Shown here in pieces: positions 1 through 13,462 of a stretch of DNA of 64,000 bases. The stretch spans positions 188,976,001-189,040,000 of the forward strand of contig OX597814.1 in the NCBI GenBank assembly GCA_951406725.2, written 5' to 3'. The position numbers and the translations under genes are program-made. The DNA is from Octopus vulgaris. Taxonomy: Eukaryota. How positions within the stretch are numbered: position 1 is the first letter of the stretch; each line of letters starts with the position of its first letter. The notes beneath the pieces are model-generated. The model saw only the letters and a program-made list of their open reading frames with translations, did not search any database and was not told the DNA's origin.

Positions 1-378
1 ATGGTTCTAGGTTCAGTCCCACTGCGTGGCTTCTTGGGCAAGTGTCTTCTATTATAGCCTCGGGCCGATCATATCCTTGTGAGTGGATTTGGTAGACGGA
101 AACTGAAACAAATCCGTCATATATATGTATATATATGTGTGTGTGTGTGTGTATTTGTATGTCAGTGTTTGTCCCCCGCCCCCCGCCAACATCGCTTGAC
201 AACCGATGCTGATGTGTTTATGCCCCCTAAATTTAGCGGTTCGGCAAAAGAGTCGAATAGAATAAAGTACTAGGCTTACAAAGAATAAGTCCTGGGGGGC
301 GATTTGCTCGACTAAAGGCGGTGCTCCAGCATGGCCACACTCAAATGACTGAAACAAGTAAATGAATAAAAGAATAAA
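1..378 (+). mobile_element. tRNA-derived SINE, family B (CORE-like domain, internal microsatellite)
   Basis: B box GGTTCAGTCCC, CTTGGGCAAGTGTCTT, internal (TA)(TG) tract, tail CCAGCATGGCC...TGACTGAAAC. Confidence 0.9.
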
Positions 379-381
379 GGA

Positions 382-465
<84 letters not shown>

Positions 466-469
466 AAAA

Positions 470-1330
470 GCTAAGCAGAGTTAGCGGTTATAGTTAGTGA
501 CTAAGGGATAAGAATATCCGTATTTACTATCGGTATCAGTTACCTGTGCTATCCCTGGGCTTGGGTATGCAGGCACACTATGCTGGTTTGGTACAGGTAA
601 CAACAGAATAAACAGAAGTTTATCAGGAATAAAATTTAAATAACTAGAAAATGGAGAAAACTTTTGATCAACAAACAAACAAACAAATTAGACCACATCT
701 GTAGATTTTATTTTAATATAAAACATGACATAACATTTCTATGACAACAATTCTTACGGCCGTTTCTGCTTCCAATGCCTCTCGGTACTTACAAAAGAAT
801 TATGAAAATAATATTCGTCATCTTCTTAGGATATTAGATCTAGTACATGAAGCCTCATCAGAGTGAATACAAATGCGTAAAATAAAATATACGAAAGGAA
901 GAGAGAATAGGAAAGAAAATGGCCTTGAGAAGAGGCCAGGAGGTTCAATAGATAAAAATCATGCCTTCTTCCAGCGTAGAGCTTCGAAGTCGATAGGCAA
1001 AATAGTGATCTAACAATGGTCTAGGAAAATATTTACGGGTTATTTCTATATAAAGAGGGAACCAGGATGTTTGAAGAGTAGTGAAATGAAGTTAGCACTA
1101 AATTATGGCAAGAAATTACTAACATGTCTAGAAAAAGAATAGCACTTATGTAATAGTAAATAGGGTTAGTTAATATTTATCCAAAAGCAAAACCGTAGGG
1201 TTCTTATAATAGTGTACTTACTGAAATATTGTAGAGACCACTACCTGTTGCCCGCAATGGAATTGACCAAAGTCAACTGGTCAATTACATTTGAACTAAG
1301 GGCAAAAGTTAAAACTGTTTCAAGGGATAT
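470..1330. mobile_element. Ancient dispersed element, copy 1 (hammerhead-bearing, partly inverted)
   Basis: Collinear similarity to ~12990-13870; 480-540 matches ~13930-13985 in reverse orientation. Confidence 0.65.
750..868 (-). ncRNA. Type I hammerhead ribozyme motif, long helix II loop, imperfect helix I
   Basis: CUGAUGA-GGCUUC...GAAGCA-GAAAC-GGCC-GUA-AGAAU; palindromic helix III ACGGCCGU. Confidence 0.6.
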
Positions 1331-2155
1331 GTAAATAAAGAAGAAAGTGAACCAGTAAAAAAAGGGTGCTGGAAAGAAGACTATGATATAAGCGACTATG
1401 GTTTAAGCGATTAATTTGGAATTAGACGCTGAAAATCCACCAGAGTACACGGTCGCATTTTCGCAGAATCCCGGACTTTCGTGAAATACAAAAAGCGTTC
1501 ATAGCAAAATGTATGTAATCTTTATATAATTCATGCTAAATCAATAACGAAAACTTGTAGCAACAATGTTTAAGAGATATCTTACGAATTATGTAAATTT
1601 AATAGTAGTTTACTTATTTACGGGACAGTTAAAATACGACAACTCTCTTTATATTCTTTATGCTTGAGAATCACCTGAGACTGGCAGTCAGTCATAACTT
1701 TATTAAATGGGTGAAACAGCGAAATCTCTTGTTATATATTACATCAATATGTTGTGGTAATAGCAAGTTTTGATGTGGTATTAAATGAAATAGTTGTTAG
1801 TCATTAGGAGTTAAATGTAAAAGTTTGTTCAAAATTTCATACAGTTATATTTCAGTTTGAATGTAGTGTAAAATTCGTTGCATAATCTTGCGTTTAGTTA
1901 ACGAAATCGATGAACCATGAAAGAAGGAAAAAAAAAAGAGAAATTCTGAAAAATGTGTATATGTTTCTTCCTGTACCGCATAAGTTTTTACTTAATCGAT
2001 TATTTATGGCTTGATTTCATGTTAATTATATGTACAGCTCGTGTCTACGTTTTACTTCAGGACGCACGAAAATGTTGGTAGACTCCAGTAGTTCGTTAAA
2101 AAGCGATGAGCAATATAAAAAAATGCATATATATATATATGCATATATCTATCTA

Positions 2156-2218
<63 letters not shown>

Positions 2219-2221
<3 letters not shown>

Positions 2222-2411
2222 CAGCAGAAAATCAACAAAATCTGTTATTGAGTTTCTGTTGCCGTTCATCAGACAGTTTTAACTGTCTGATGAACGGCAA
2301 CGAGAAACTCATTTTGTTGATTTTTCTGCTGCTTAAAATAAAGCATATTACTCTACCACTGGTATTTGAGTACTCTTTTTCCACCTTGTTTCACATTTAT
2401 GTGTTTACTCC

Positions 2412-2414
<3 letters not shown>
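2219..2414. mobile_element. Short inverted-repeat element in (TA)n, probable PLE terminal fragment
   Basis: About 60-bp arms plus a tail shared with 4590-4791; (TA)n on both sides. Confidence 0.7.
2242..2310. ncRNA. Two degenerate minimal hammerhead motifs, one in each arm of a palindrome
   Basis: Minus: CUGU-CUGAUGA-ACGGCAACA-GAAAC-UCAA-UA-ACAG. Plus: CUGU-CUGAUGA-ACGGCAACGA-GAAAC-UC, truncated. Same family as 4617-4654. Confidence 0.55.
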
Positions 2415-2455
<41 letters not shown>

Positions 2456-2492
2456 TATAATCAAAATAAGCAACAAGAATGACACCGGTAAT

Positions 2493-2578
2493 TTGGTACG
2501 ATCGTTTCGTACTACATCATTTTATTAAATGTTCTAAGTATTACGACAGATTTAAGATGCTGAGTACTCATCAGCCAA
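2493..2578 (-). ncRNA. Type I hammerhead ribozyme, intact core
   Basis: Helix I UUGG/CCAA, CUGAUGA, helix II GUACU/AGUAC, GAAA, palindromic helix III ACGAUCGU, cleavage triplet GUA. Confidence 0.88.
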
Positions 2579-3375
2579 TTATAGAGGTTTTCCATTAATA
2601 CAAAAATTTTCAAATTAAGTAGCAACATTATAGAGAAGGTAGATATATAGACAAAGATGCAGATTTAAATGTTAAGAACATATGAGGTAGTAGAGTCCAC
2701 TGACTGACTAAAATATATATATACATATATATACATATATATATACATATACATATACATATATACACATATACATATATATATACATATACATATATAT
2801 ACATATACATATACATATATTTATACACATATATATACACATATATATACACATATATATATATACACATATATATACACATATATATACATATATATAC
2901 ACATATATATATATATACACACATATATATATATATACATATATATATATAGAAGTAAAAATATGGCACAACGAAGTACCGATATTTACTGGAAAATAGC
3001 GAACGTAATAAATACGACGCTAATGTATAGCTTCACCGCGTATGTACTAGCGAAAATGCTTGTGTGCAACAAAATTGAAAAAATTTACATACATATATAT
3101 ATATATATACACATATATATATACACATATACATATACATATATATATACATATATATTTTTAAATATACATACATATTGGTATATGTGTGAGTGTATAT
3201 GTGCATGCGTACGTGTGCGTGTATCAGTGAGTATCTATACGTACGTATCTGCATACACACATACAAAGATACATACACATTTTCACTCATACATACATAT
3301 ATACTTACATACATACGTACGTACATACATACATACAAACATACATACGAGTTTATGCCTAACATACGCATATAC

Positions 3376-3414
<39 letters not shown>

Positions 3415-3524
3415 TAATTAATAATTTTTTGCCCCATATTTATAATATATATATATATAAGTGCATGCCTAAACATACACATATACGTATATATACACAC
3501 ACACATATATATATATTTATATAT

Positions 3525-3597
<73 letters not shown>

Positions 3598-4343
3598 GGA
3601 TGGATGTATATTATCCACAAGTACGTATAAACGTCTATAATCATTTTCTTCATTTGGTGTTAAAGAAGTTAAAACGAAGATAACAGAGGAAAGATGATTA
3701 AACTGAGAATTCTAATTGCGCTACATTGTTGAGAAAGAACATTATTATGTCAATATGATCTCTACGATGAAAAATTGATAAGAATACGTGAGAAGCATTC
3801 CTATATAAAATTGATTACATTGAAATAAATAAGAAAAAGAATTCTTCTGGTTTAAAGAAGTTGTGGATGATGTTCAGGGCATTTTCGCCAAGATTGTTGG
3901 TGATTCTTAGTTCATGTGTTATTATATATCCTGCCTCCTCTTTTAATATCATTGCGTTCTTGTTCATTCTTGAAAGCGTTCTGTCCAAGATAAGCCTTAA
4001 GCAAACAGACTGTGTAAGTCGGTCACGTTGTATTTGTGCAGATAAATAGAATATCGAACAGTCATATTATTCTCTTTATTAATCGTATGAGTCTACGATC
4101 AATATTTGTATAATTAAAATGACCGACACATACACTACGTGTGTATGTGTGCGTGTGTGAAAGCGTGTGGTTCAGTAGTTCGTGTATTGTGCTCATTTTA
4201 GTAAGATTGTGGTTTCGAATCGTGAACCAGGTGAAGTGTTATGTTTGAGGAGAACACTTCTTTTCACTTTGCTCCCGTGCACTCAGCTGGCAAATCGAAC
4301 ATTCATGCGACGGACCAGCGTCACATCCAAGGCTGGAGTGATT

Positions 4344-4379
<36 letters not shown>

Positions 4380-4528
4380 AACAGCATCCCGGAAGCCGGC
4401 CCTTGAAACGTATGGCTCTGGAATGTTATTTGATCCTCTTGAGTGGCACAGTCGGCAAGTGCCTTCTACTCGGGCCGACCAAAGCCTGGTGAATGGATTT
4501 GGTAGGCGGAAACTGAAAGAAGTCCGTC

Positions 4529-4575
<47 letters not shown>

Positions 4576-4589
4576 AAATATATATTCAT

Positions 4590-4788
4590 TAAAAGCAGCA
4601 GAAAATTCAACAAAACCTGTTACTCTGAGTTTCACGTTCCCGTTCGTCGGACAGTTTTTTTCTAGCAAAATCTGTCCGACGAACGGGAACGTTGAATTTA
4701 CTGCTGCTTTTAAATATAGCATATTACTCTACCCCTGGTAATTGAGTACTCTTTTTTCCACCTTGTTTCACATTTATGTGTTTACTCC

Positions 4789-4791
<3 letters not shown>
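4590..4791. mobile_element. Same inverted-repeat family, nested in the (TA)n of a SINE
   Basis: AAAAGCAGCAG...CTGCTGCTTTT arms and the shared tail GCATATTACTCTACC...TTTACTCCGG. Confidence 0.7.
4617..4654 (-). ncRNA. Minimal type I hammerhead ribozyme with CCGACGA (U4C) core
   Basis: CUGU-CCGACGA-ACG(GGAA)CGU-GAAAC-UCAGA-GUA-ACAG; all three helices pair. Confidence 0.75.
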
Positions 4792-4882
<91 letters not shown>

Positions 4883-5330
4883 ATATATGTATGTGTGTGT
4901 GTATATGTTTGTGTGTCTGTGTTTGTCTCTCAATATCGCTTGACAATCGATGCTGGTGTGTTTACGTCCCCGTAACTTAGTGGTTCAGCAAAATAGACCG
5001 ATCGAATAAGTACTAGGCTTAGAAAGAATAAGTCCTGGGGTCGATTTCTTCGACTAATGGCGGTGCTCCAGCATGGCCGCAGTCAAATGACTGAAACAAA
5101 TAAAAGTGTGATTGGAAGTGTTACCACATATTTGCTTGTCAGTTGTTTGACCTTAAGCAGTTGAGCATGGCCCTTAGTGGCTGCTGATATGTGCATCTCT
5201 GATCATGAGCAGAAATAGTGGGGGAGCATCATAGCCATATATTCAGAGAAATTCTTTGGGGTTTGGATAATTCACCGTTGAAAACACATCCTTAAACAAC
5301 CTTTATTCAGGGACCTTTTTGAGCAAGATG

Positions 5331-5540
5331 GGAAAAGTGCGCAAAAATCTCGAGAAGTACGTGGAAAAAAATAGGGGCTGCAGTAAGGGTGGAGCACTTG
5401 CAGAAAACAGCACTGCTTGGAACCGCTCGAATACTCCGGAAGGTGCTTGAAAAATAAGAGGTGTTACCTTAGTTCAATTGTAGTGAACTGCTAACACCAG
5501 TGTAGTACATTTCCAGCGTTAGAAGCTGTGCAAAGGCAAT
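5331..5540 (+). mobile_element. R4/Dong-type LINE 3' fragment, third family
   Basis: ...VRVEHLQKTALLGTARILRKVLEK* followed by UTR and (TAA)n. Confidence 0.75.
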
Positions 5541-5552
5541 AATAATATTAAT

Positions 5553-5594
<42 letters not shown>

Positions 5595-5670
5595 TAGTCA
5601 TGATGGGTATATTGGGCTTCGTATATTTTACCCCAGTGTCACTTTGATGGCATGAACTGCTCTCTCACTC

Positions 5671-5692
5671 AATAATAATAATAATGATGATG

Positions 5693-5776
<84 letters not shown>

Positions 5777-5826
5777 GTAACAGTAACAGTAACAGTAACA
5801 ATAACAATAACAATAACAATAATAAA

Positions 5827-5890
<64 letters not shown>
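5671..5890. repeat. (TAA)n microsatellite with AACAGT/AACAAT variants
   Basis: Directly visible. Confidence 0.98.
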
Positions 5891-5892
<2 letters not shown>

Positions 5893-6173
5893 CTAACTCA
5901 GATACCAGGAAAACCCAAAATGGCAGAAATTCAAAAGATAGTGCTCATGGGAACTGCTCATATCCTACGCAAAATAGTTTCTATGTAACCTCAAGTTTTA
6001 AAACAAACATAACTTTCGTTTTTCTTTAGGCATTCACTAGTACAACACTAAATACAAAACCAAATATATGGCACAGTAGGCATAACAACAATACGAACTT
6101 CCAACCTGTTGCCTCTTGAGGTCTCTGGGTGAGACTTGGAGCCAACTTGTACAAATATAAAGCAAAATCAAAC

Positions 6174-6175
<2 letters not shown>
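5891..6175 (+). mobile_element. R4/Dong-type LINE 3' fragment, same family as 33720
   Basis: LTQIPGKPKMAEIQKIVLMGTAHILRKIVSM* plus a matching 3' UTR; (TAA)n on both sides. Confidence 0.85.
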
Positions 6176-6247
<72 letters not shown>

Positions 6248-6890
6248 TGATTAAAATAACGAACTCTAAAGAACCAATATAACCCCAGTGAAGTACGATA
6301 ACACGAAGCCATATAACTTAAGAAAACCGTACAGAAGTAACCCCAATAAAGCTGACACCAACAATAATAAAAAATAAAAATAACTATGGAAAGAAATATA
6401 ATAACCGTATTAGCAACTTTACACTCTACACGAACACTGAGGATAGCATCTACAGCAAAAATAATAATATTAAAAATAAACGAAATAGCGATATGATCAG
6501 GTTAATAATCCCTTCTGCGATGCAGCTTAAATCTAACAGAGTTCACTCCATAATGAGACTTATAGTCAAGCACTTGAACTTAAATAACAAATACTCAGGA
6601 ATCTTTAAGAATAAAATTAGAGTAGTCCAAAACCTAACTAGTGACCTAGCTACCATCATAGCCACGATCAACAATAATAAGCTGCACGTCTTCTACGAAA
6701 GTAGGAAAAATACCAGCATAAAATATAACTGCCTAGGGCAAATGGAATAAATCTCCTCCCTAATAACTCGCCCTTAAACAATACGGACAACGACCTGATA
6801 AATTATAAACCTCCCCTCACAACATAACACAAGCATAAATAAACTGAATAATTCATGTGGCTACAGAGACAGAAATAAGTGTCAATTTTA

Positions 6891-7116
6891 AGGCGGCGAG
6901 CTGGTAGAAACGTTAGCACGCCGGGCGGAATGCTTAGCGGTATTTCGTCCGTCACTACGTTTTGAGTTCAAATTCCGCCGAGGTTGACTTTGCCTTTCAT
7001 CCTTTTGGGGTCGATTAAAAAGTACCAGTTACGCACTGGGGTCGATATAATCAACTTAATCCGTTTGTCTGTTTTTCCCTACTGTGTTTAGCCCCTTGTG
7101 GGCAGTAAAGAAATAA
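6891..7116 (+). mobile_element. tRNA-derived SINE, family A (Nin-like central domain)
   Basis: A box TGGTAGAAACGTTAG, B box GAGTTCAAATTCC, central GCCTTTCATCCTTT-GGGGTCGA; ~19-bp TSD at 6871-6889 and 7116-7134. Confidence 0.9.
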
Positions 7117-7281
7117 GAAATGAGTGCCAATTTTCCAATAGGGGTAAAGCAAAAAACGTAATATACCAATGCGATGTACTCGCAAATAACCATATACAAC
7201 GAACGCACACGCATACATATATATATGCATGCATGCATGCATGCATGCATGCATGCATACATACATACATACATACATACA

Positions 7282-7315
<34 letters not shown>

Positions 7316-7796
7316 CATACATACATGTGTATACACATGCACGCTGACGCACACACATGCGCACAAACAACAAACAAACACATCTCCGATAAAGGACAGA
7401 GTCAACAACTACTGAAGAGGTAGAAAGAAGCAACGAAAATTTTATTAAGAAAAGTAGAGTGGAAATCGAACCGGTGTGTGTGTTAACAAGGCATTAAAAC
7501 AGAATGATTCGCCCCAGACACAACAAAATATGCTTCAACACACGAATTCACATAAAGAATCTTGCAAACGAAATACAATAAGCTTTGGCCAAGCTAGCAA
7601 GACACTGAAAGATACTGTGTTCTGCTGTCTATAAATCAAAGTAGCTACTCGACAGCTCCACTTCATTAAAGCATGTATCTTATACAGACTATACCCGAAA
7701 TCTGTAAATATGGCTTTCAAGCGGCTAGGACTCACAGAACATCAAGCAAGGAAACTAAAACACAAGATGTTACAAAACATGAAAAAGAAAATATAA

Positions 7797-8194
7797 GTGG
7801 CTGTGTGGTAAGTAGCTTGCTTACCAACCACATGGTTCCAGGTTCAGTCCCACTGCGTGGCACCTTGTGCAAGCGTCTTCTACTATAGCGTCGGGCCGAC
7901 CAAAGCCTTGTCAGTGGATTTGGTAGACGGAAACTGAAAGAAGCCCGTCGTATATATGTATACATATGTATGTGTGTGCATATGTTTGTGTATCTGTGTT
8001 GTCTCCCCAACATCGTTTGACAACTGATACTGGTGTGTTTACGTCCCCGTAAGTTAACGCTTCGGCAAAAGAGACCGATAAAATAAGTACTAGGCTTCCA
8101 AAGAATAAGTCCTGGGGTCAATTTGCTCGACTAAAGGCGGTGCTCCATCATGGCCGCAGTCAAATGACTGAAGCAAGTAAAAGAGTGAAAGAGT
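7797..8194 (+). mobile_element. SINE family B
   Basis: Full-length match to the other copies. Confidence 0.9.
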
Positions 8195-9007
8195 ATATAT
8201 TTATTTACTTGTTCGAACGTGGTGAGTGTGTAAATATAGTTCATACTAAGGGAAAATTATGATTTTCAAATCCTTCCTGGGTACCTTCCCGATAAATCTA
8301 AAATATAGTTTTTCCGGCGAGAATCGAAATCTCGCCATGTCCCCCACGGACTGAAAGCCTGTCGTTTTATTCTACAACATTCACTTTTTCATAAACAGAA
8401 CAAATATTGACTTATTGCATCATATATAAAACACATACTTTATAAATCAAATGCATTCCATTACATACATACATACACATATTTATATGCATATATATAT
8501 ATATATCTAAGTTTATATATATATGTATATATATATATATATATGCATATATATATGCATATATATTTTGGTATGCGTCTGCGTATGTGTATATGTATGC
8601 ATGCATAAGCATATACATCAGTATGTGCGTGTATGTATAAGATTTGGAGAGCGTGCGCCTATATACATCCCCGGTGATATGATCGCCTGTATAATGTGTT
8701 TGTATAGTGACACTAAATTTCTTACATGGACAAAGTTTCTGGGTGCCTACACAGTCTGCGTGTAAATACATACATTTGTATGAGAATGAGTTACGTGTGT
8801 GTATCGGTGAGAGTGTACATGTGTTTGCGTACATAAAGCATATGCAGAGGTATACATAGATAATCTCCCTGTATAATCTCTTTTTCACTTCTCTCTTCCT
8901 ATATATATATATATACATATGTGTGTGTGTATACGTATATATATATAAATATATATATGTGTGTGTGTATATATATATATGTATGTATATATATATATAT
9001 GTATGTA

Positions 9008-9054
<47 letters not shown>

Positions 9055-9184
9055 ATATATATATGTATGTATATATATATATGTATGTATATATATATGT
9101 ATGTATATATGTATATATATATAGAAAGAGAGGGAGGAGAGGAGAGAGGAGAGAGAGAAATAGATAGCTATATACATAGATATT

Positions 9185-9217
<33 letters not shown>

Positions 9218-9300
9218 GTAGGGCGGTGTATGAAACTATAGATATATAGATATGTATGCACCCAAATACATTCACATACATACACATATATATATAATAA

Positions 9301-9341
<41 letters not shown>

Positions 9342-10055
9342 CACATGCATGTAGATTCATATGCGTGTCTTAGTCTGTATGTGTGTATATATATATTCAT
9401 AAAGATTATGGTTGATGTCACGTTAACATGCTGAGTGAAAGCGTCATTAAAATGTCTACGTAAAAAATACTTCACACTAAATCTTTGTCTATTAAATTTA
9501 TCGTTGAAATCCTCCACTTATTTTACTTTTGCGTGGATAGTGTAGCGTTTTAATTTATATATATATATATAAAAAAACTAACAAACAAACAACAATCCTG
9601 TTGAAAACTATATTTTTATGGTTTAATATATTTTGTATATAAAAACTTGCTCATAAAACTAAAATCAAATCGAATTCCCATTTCAAAAATTAAAGTGGGA
9701 CACTAAATTATTATCATAACAACATTAGTTCAAAGACGAAAGTGTATTACCTTAGGTGAATTGCTCATAATGTTCATCAAAGGAACAAAACATAACACAC
9801 ACACAAGAAAAAGCACTATAGCAGCAAAAATACATGTAAACACGCTTACACACACACACACACACACATACACACACCCACACACACACCCACACACACA
9901 CGCACACACACAAACCCACATTTATATATACATGTATGTATGTATGTATGTATAACACTGGATAAAAAATGCAGAGTAAAGTGTTAGGCCTGATAAAACA
10001 ACATAAGCATTAAGCAAGTTGGCTGAGGTTTCGCGCTTGCTCTTTTCTTAGTCCC

Positions 10056-10374
<319 letters not shown>

Positions 10375-10539
10375 ATGCCAACTCCATCATAGGCCAGCTC
10401 CTTAAAGAGAAGTTGACGGATGAGGTGCGTTTGAAGATATACGTATAATGGGTCCTGATTAGCAGAGGCGGTATTGTACCATGGTGGCTTCAATACTGGG
10501 CAGTCCAGCCGGAGCAGATACTCTTCATTTGTATTGCAG

Positions 10540-10641
10540 TCTTTCCATCGATTCTCTACCAAGAAGATTCTTCTGAATCTCTTTCATCATCAGACGAAGT
10601 AGACAATGATGATGATGATGATGATGATGTCGACGCCGATG
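10540..10641 (+). CDS. Probable internal exon of an unidentified gene (Ser/Asp-rich acidic region)
   Basis: Acceptor CTCTTCATTTGTATTGCAG|, donor G|GTATGT; 102 nt, phase 1-1. Encodes xFPSILYQEDSSESLSSSDEVDNDDDDDDDVDADG. Confidence 0.6.
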
Positions 10642-11112
10642 GTATGTTGCTCCGTGAAATTAAGATCAACAAAAGAAGTACTTCATCTGGGGAGAGATAA
10701 AGATTATTTAATAATCACGGTATATATAGCGGTGCCCCAGCAATGGCGGTGCCTCCAGCATGGCCACAGCTCGTGAGCTGAAACTAGATGAAATAGAAAA
10801 AAATAAAATAAAAATGTTTTTTTTATGCGCTACTAATGGTTTCAGACGATGAAATCAACTCAGAGAGCAGTTTATAACACGTCTGGTGTCTTCACGTAAT
10901 CCTCAAGCTCTGCCTACATGGTATTACAAGCTAAAACGGGAAGACAGAATAGGAAGAAATGCAAGAAGATTCGAAAAGAAAGTAGATGTAAAAATTGTAA
11001 GGTTGAAAACACTGCAAAAGAAAAGAGAAAAGAAAAAAGTGCGCAGATTAGAATTATGTTCCACTTAGTCGTAAAGTCATAAGGTTGGATTGATAGGGGT
11101 CTAGAGTATGCG

Positions 11113-11169
<57 letters not shown>

Positions 11170-12282
11170 TGTTCATTTCGGTGATGTTTTGCAAATTATA
11201 TGAACTGATATGATATGGTCGTGTATTGAAACTCTTCCAGCGTGGCAGATACATATTAGCAACTAAAAAGTGTCAAACACTATTATTTTCATATTTCATT
11301 TTTCGATTTGGTTTGCAAGATTCTTTAAATGTGAGTTCGTATGTTGACGCATATTCTGTTGTGTCTGGAGTGAGTCATTTTAAAAATAAGAAATAAGTGG
11401 ACATTTTACTGGTGAGTGTGGTAAATTATATGGCACAAAAAGAAAACGACTCTCATCAGACACAAGAGACTATTATTTTCACTTAACTCTAAAACACCAG
11501 CCATTATCAATTGATGGATTCGCCCGGGCGCCTATTTCGTGAAATGTTGCCTAAACATAAGCAGCTCTTATCGACGGGAGAACTGAAATTGCAAATGAAA
11601 GATTTATACAGCAGTGGATGAAGATTTACCCGATTTTACTTAATCTTATAAGATAGACGATCATGATCATCATCATAATGACGCCGACGACGACGATGAT
11701 GATGAAGATGATGATGATGATGATCCACTTAGCACAGAAGAAAGTGATGTTTTAACTTCATCAGAGTGGAAATAGTTCGCAGATTTTACTTCATTTGTAC
11801 ATTTGTTTCACTACAACAATCACAAATTAATGGCTCAATAATCTAATTGGCAAAAGATCACGTTTAATTTTATCGCATTTTTCTAAGTTATGTAGAGACA
11901 AAAATTGTAACAATCTTAGTTTTCCTCTTAATCAACTAAATCTAAATTCTTGTAAGGAATTCCATTCGACATGCTGACATCAAAACAGATTTTCGTTAGA
12001 AAAATTTTGTATTCTCATGGGTTCGTTTTGAAATTATTTAATAACTTCAAAATTCTCCAAAAGTATTTGAAATTTCTTTGAAAGTTATTTTAAAACGTTC
12101 GCCCCTAATCTGAAAATGGAAATTTTTCTAAAGCACAAATATTTCTTTGCGAATAAACTTTTGATAAGCTTGCTTACCTTTTTCCGTCGCGTGTGGATTC
12201 AACGTTTCCTCTCAGCATTTACCATACATCTATGCATAATTGCATACACACACAAATAGAGACACACACATACATACACACT

Positions 12283-12314
<32 letters not shown>

Positions 12315-12383
12315 CATGTGTGTGCATATATATACACAGGTACACACTCATATATATATATATATATATATTCATATATACAT

Positions 12384-12439
<56 letters not shown>

Positions 12440-12587
12440 TTAGTGAGGAAAATTTCCACACTACGGCACGGTTTTGAGACCCCATGGTCGTAACCTCAAC
12501 CGTGATTTTTCTGTTGTGATTTTTGCTACCCAGGTATCGGTTATAATTTGAATAATCCGTAACAAGATAATTCATTTATCCATTTCA

Positions 12588-12653
<66 letters not shown>

Positions 12654-13049
12654 GTATATATAACGTGTGTGTGCGTTTACGTATTCACGCATGCATATAA
12701 TTTAATTGTTTTTCTTCTTACTTAATATACATCTTTCTTTTACTTTTTGTTCACAACGTCGAAAAGTATGAAACCGGTTCTAACAGTTACGAAATGTATT
12801 TCATGATAAAATTATTTTAGCATTTTCTACCTTGTCTTATTTTCCTTATACATATCAACTTGTGTGTTATTTTTCAACCTTCTATACACGCACACACACA
12901 CACGCACATACACACCCACACACACACATACGCACACACACACACACAAACACATATGTTTAAATTAAGCAGGAAATGAAGAAATCTTCAACAGCAACAA
13001 TTGACTACCATCGATTATTATTTTATTAATGCCATACCAGATTTTATCC

Positions 13050-13167
13050 CATCTAGCACCCGTTTCTGCCTCCAATGTCTCACAGTGTTGTCAAAGAAAA
13101 TTCTCAGAATAATATTCTTCATATTTTATAACACATTCGATCTGGAACATGGAGCTTCATCAGAATG
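13050..13167 (-). ncRNA. Degenerate hammerhead motif, homologue of 750-868
   Basis: CAUU-CUGAUGA-AGCUCC...GGAGGCA-GAAAC-GGGUGCUA-GAUG; helix III has decayed. Confidence 0.45.
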
Positions 13168-13240
13168 AAGAAAAATATATAAAATAAAGAAAAGAAAAGA
13201 AAAAGAGCCTCGAGAGGAGGAATGAAGGCTTAATATATAT

Positions 13241-13462
13241 TTCTTTACTACCCACAAGGGGCTAAACACAGAGAGGACAAACAAGGACAGACAAAGTCGA
13301 TTATATCGACCCCAGTGCGTTACTGGTACTTAATTTATCGACCCGGAAAAGATGAAAGGCAAAGTCGACCTCGGCGGAATTTGAACTCAGAACGTAACAG
13401 CAGACGAAATACGGCTATGCATTTCGCCCGGCGTGCTAACGATTCTGCCAGCTCGCCGCCTT
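13241..13462 (-). mobile_element. SINE family A
   Basis: Full-length copy with 18-bp TSD AATGAAGrCTTAATATAT at 13221 and 13464. Confidence 0.9.

Larger units (their letters stand above)
4440..5104 (+). mobile_element. SINE family B, interrupted by a hammerhead element
   Basis: Left and right halves flank 4590-4791. Confidence 0.85.

Noticed and set aside
690-1330. Endogenous virus interpretation
   Set aside because: No recognisable viral motif; the hammerhead-bearing retroelement explanation fits better.
3820-4060. Open minus-strand frame with coding-like composition
   Set aside because: No recognisable domain or splice signals.
11655-11774. Second Asp-rich stretch ending PLSTEESDVLTSSEWK*
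   Set aside because: Mostly a (GAT)n tract with a weak acceptor; not supportable as an exon without transcripts.
12445-12590. Hammerhead-like stems (CACGGUU/AACCGUG, GACC/GGUC) in a repeat related to 19630-19765
   Set aside because: Core nucleotides are missing and are not conserved in the second copy.
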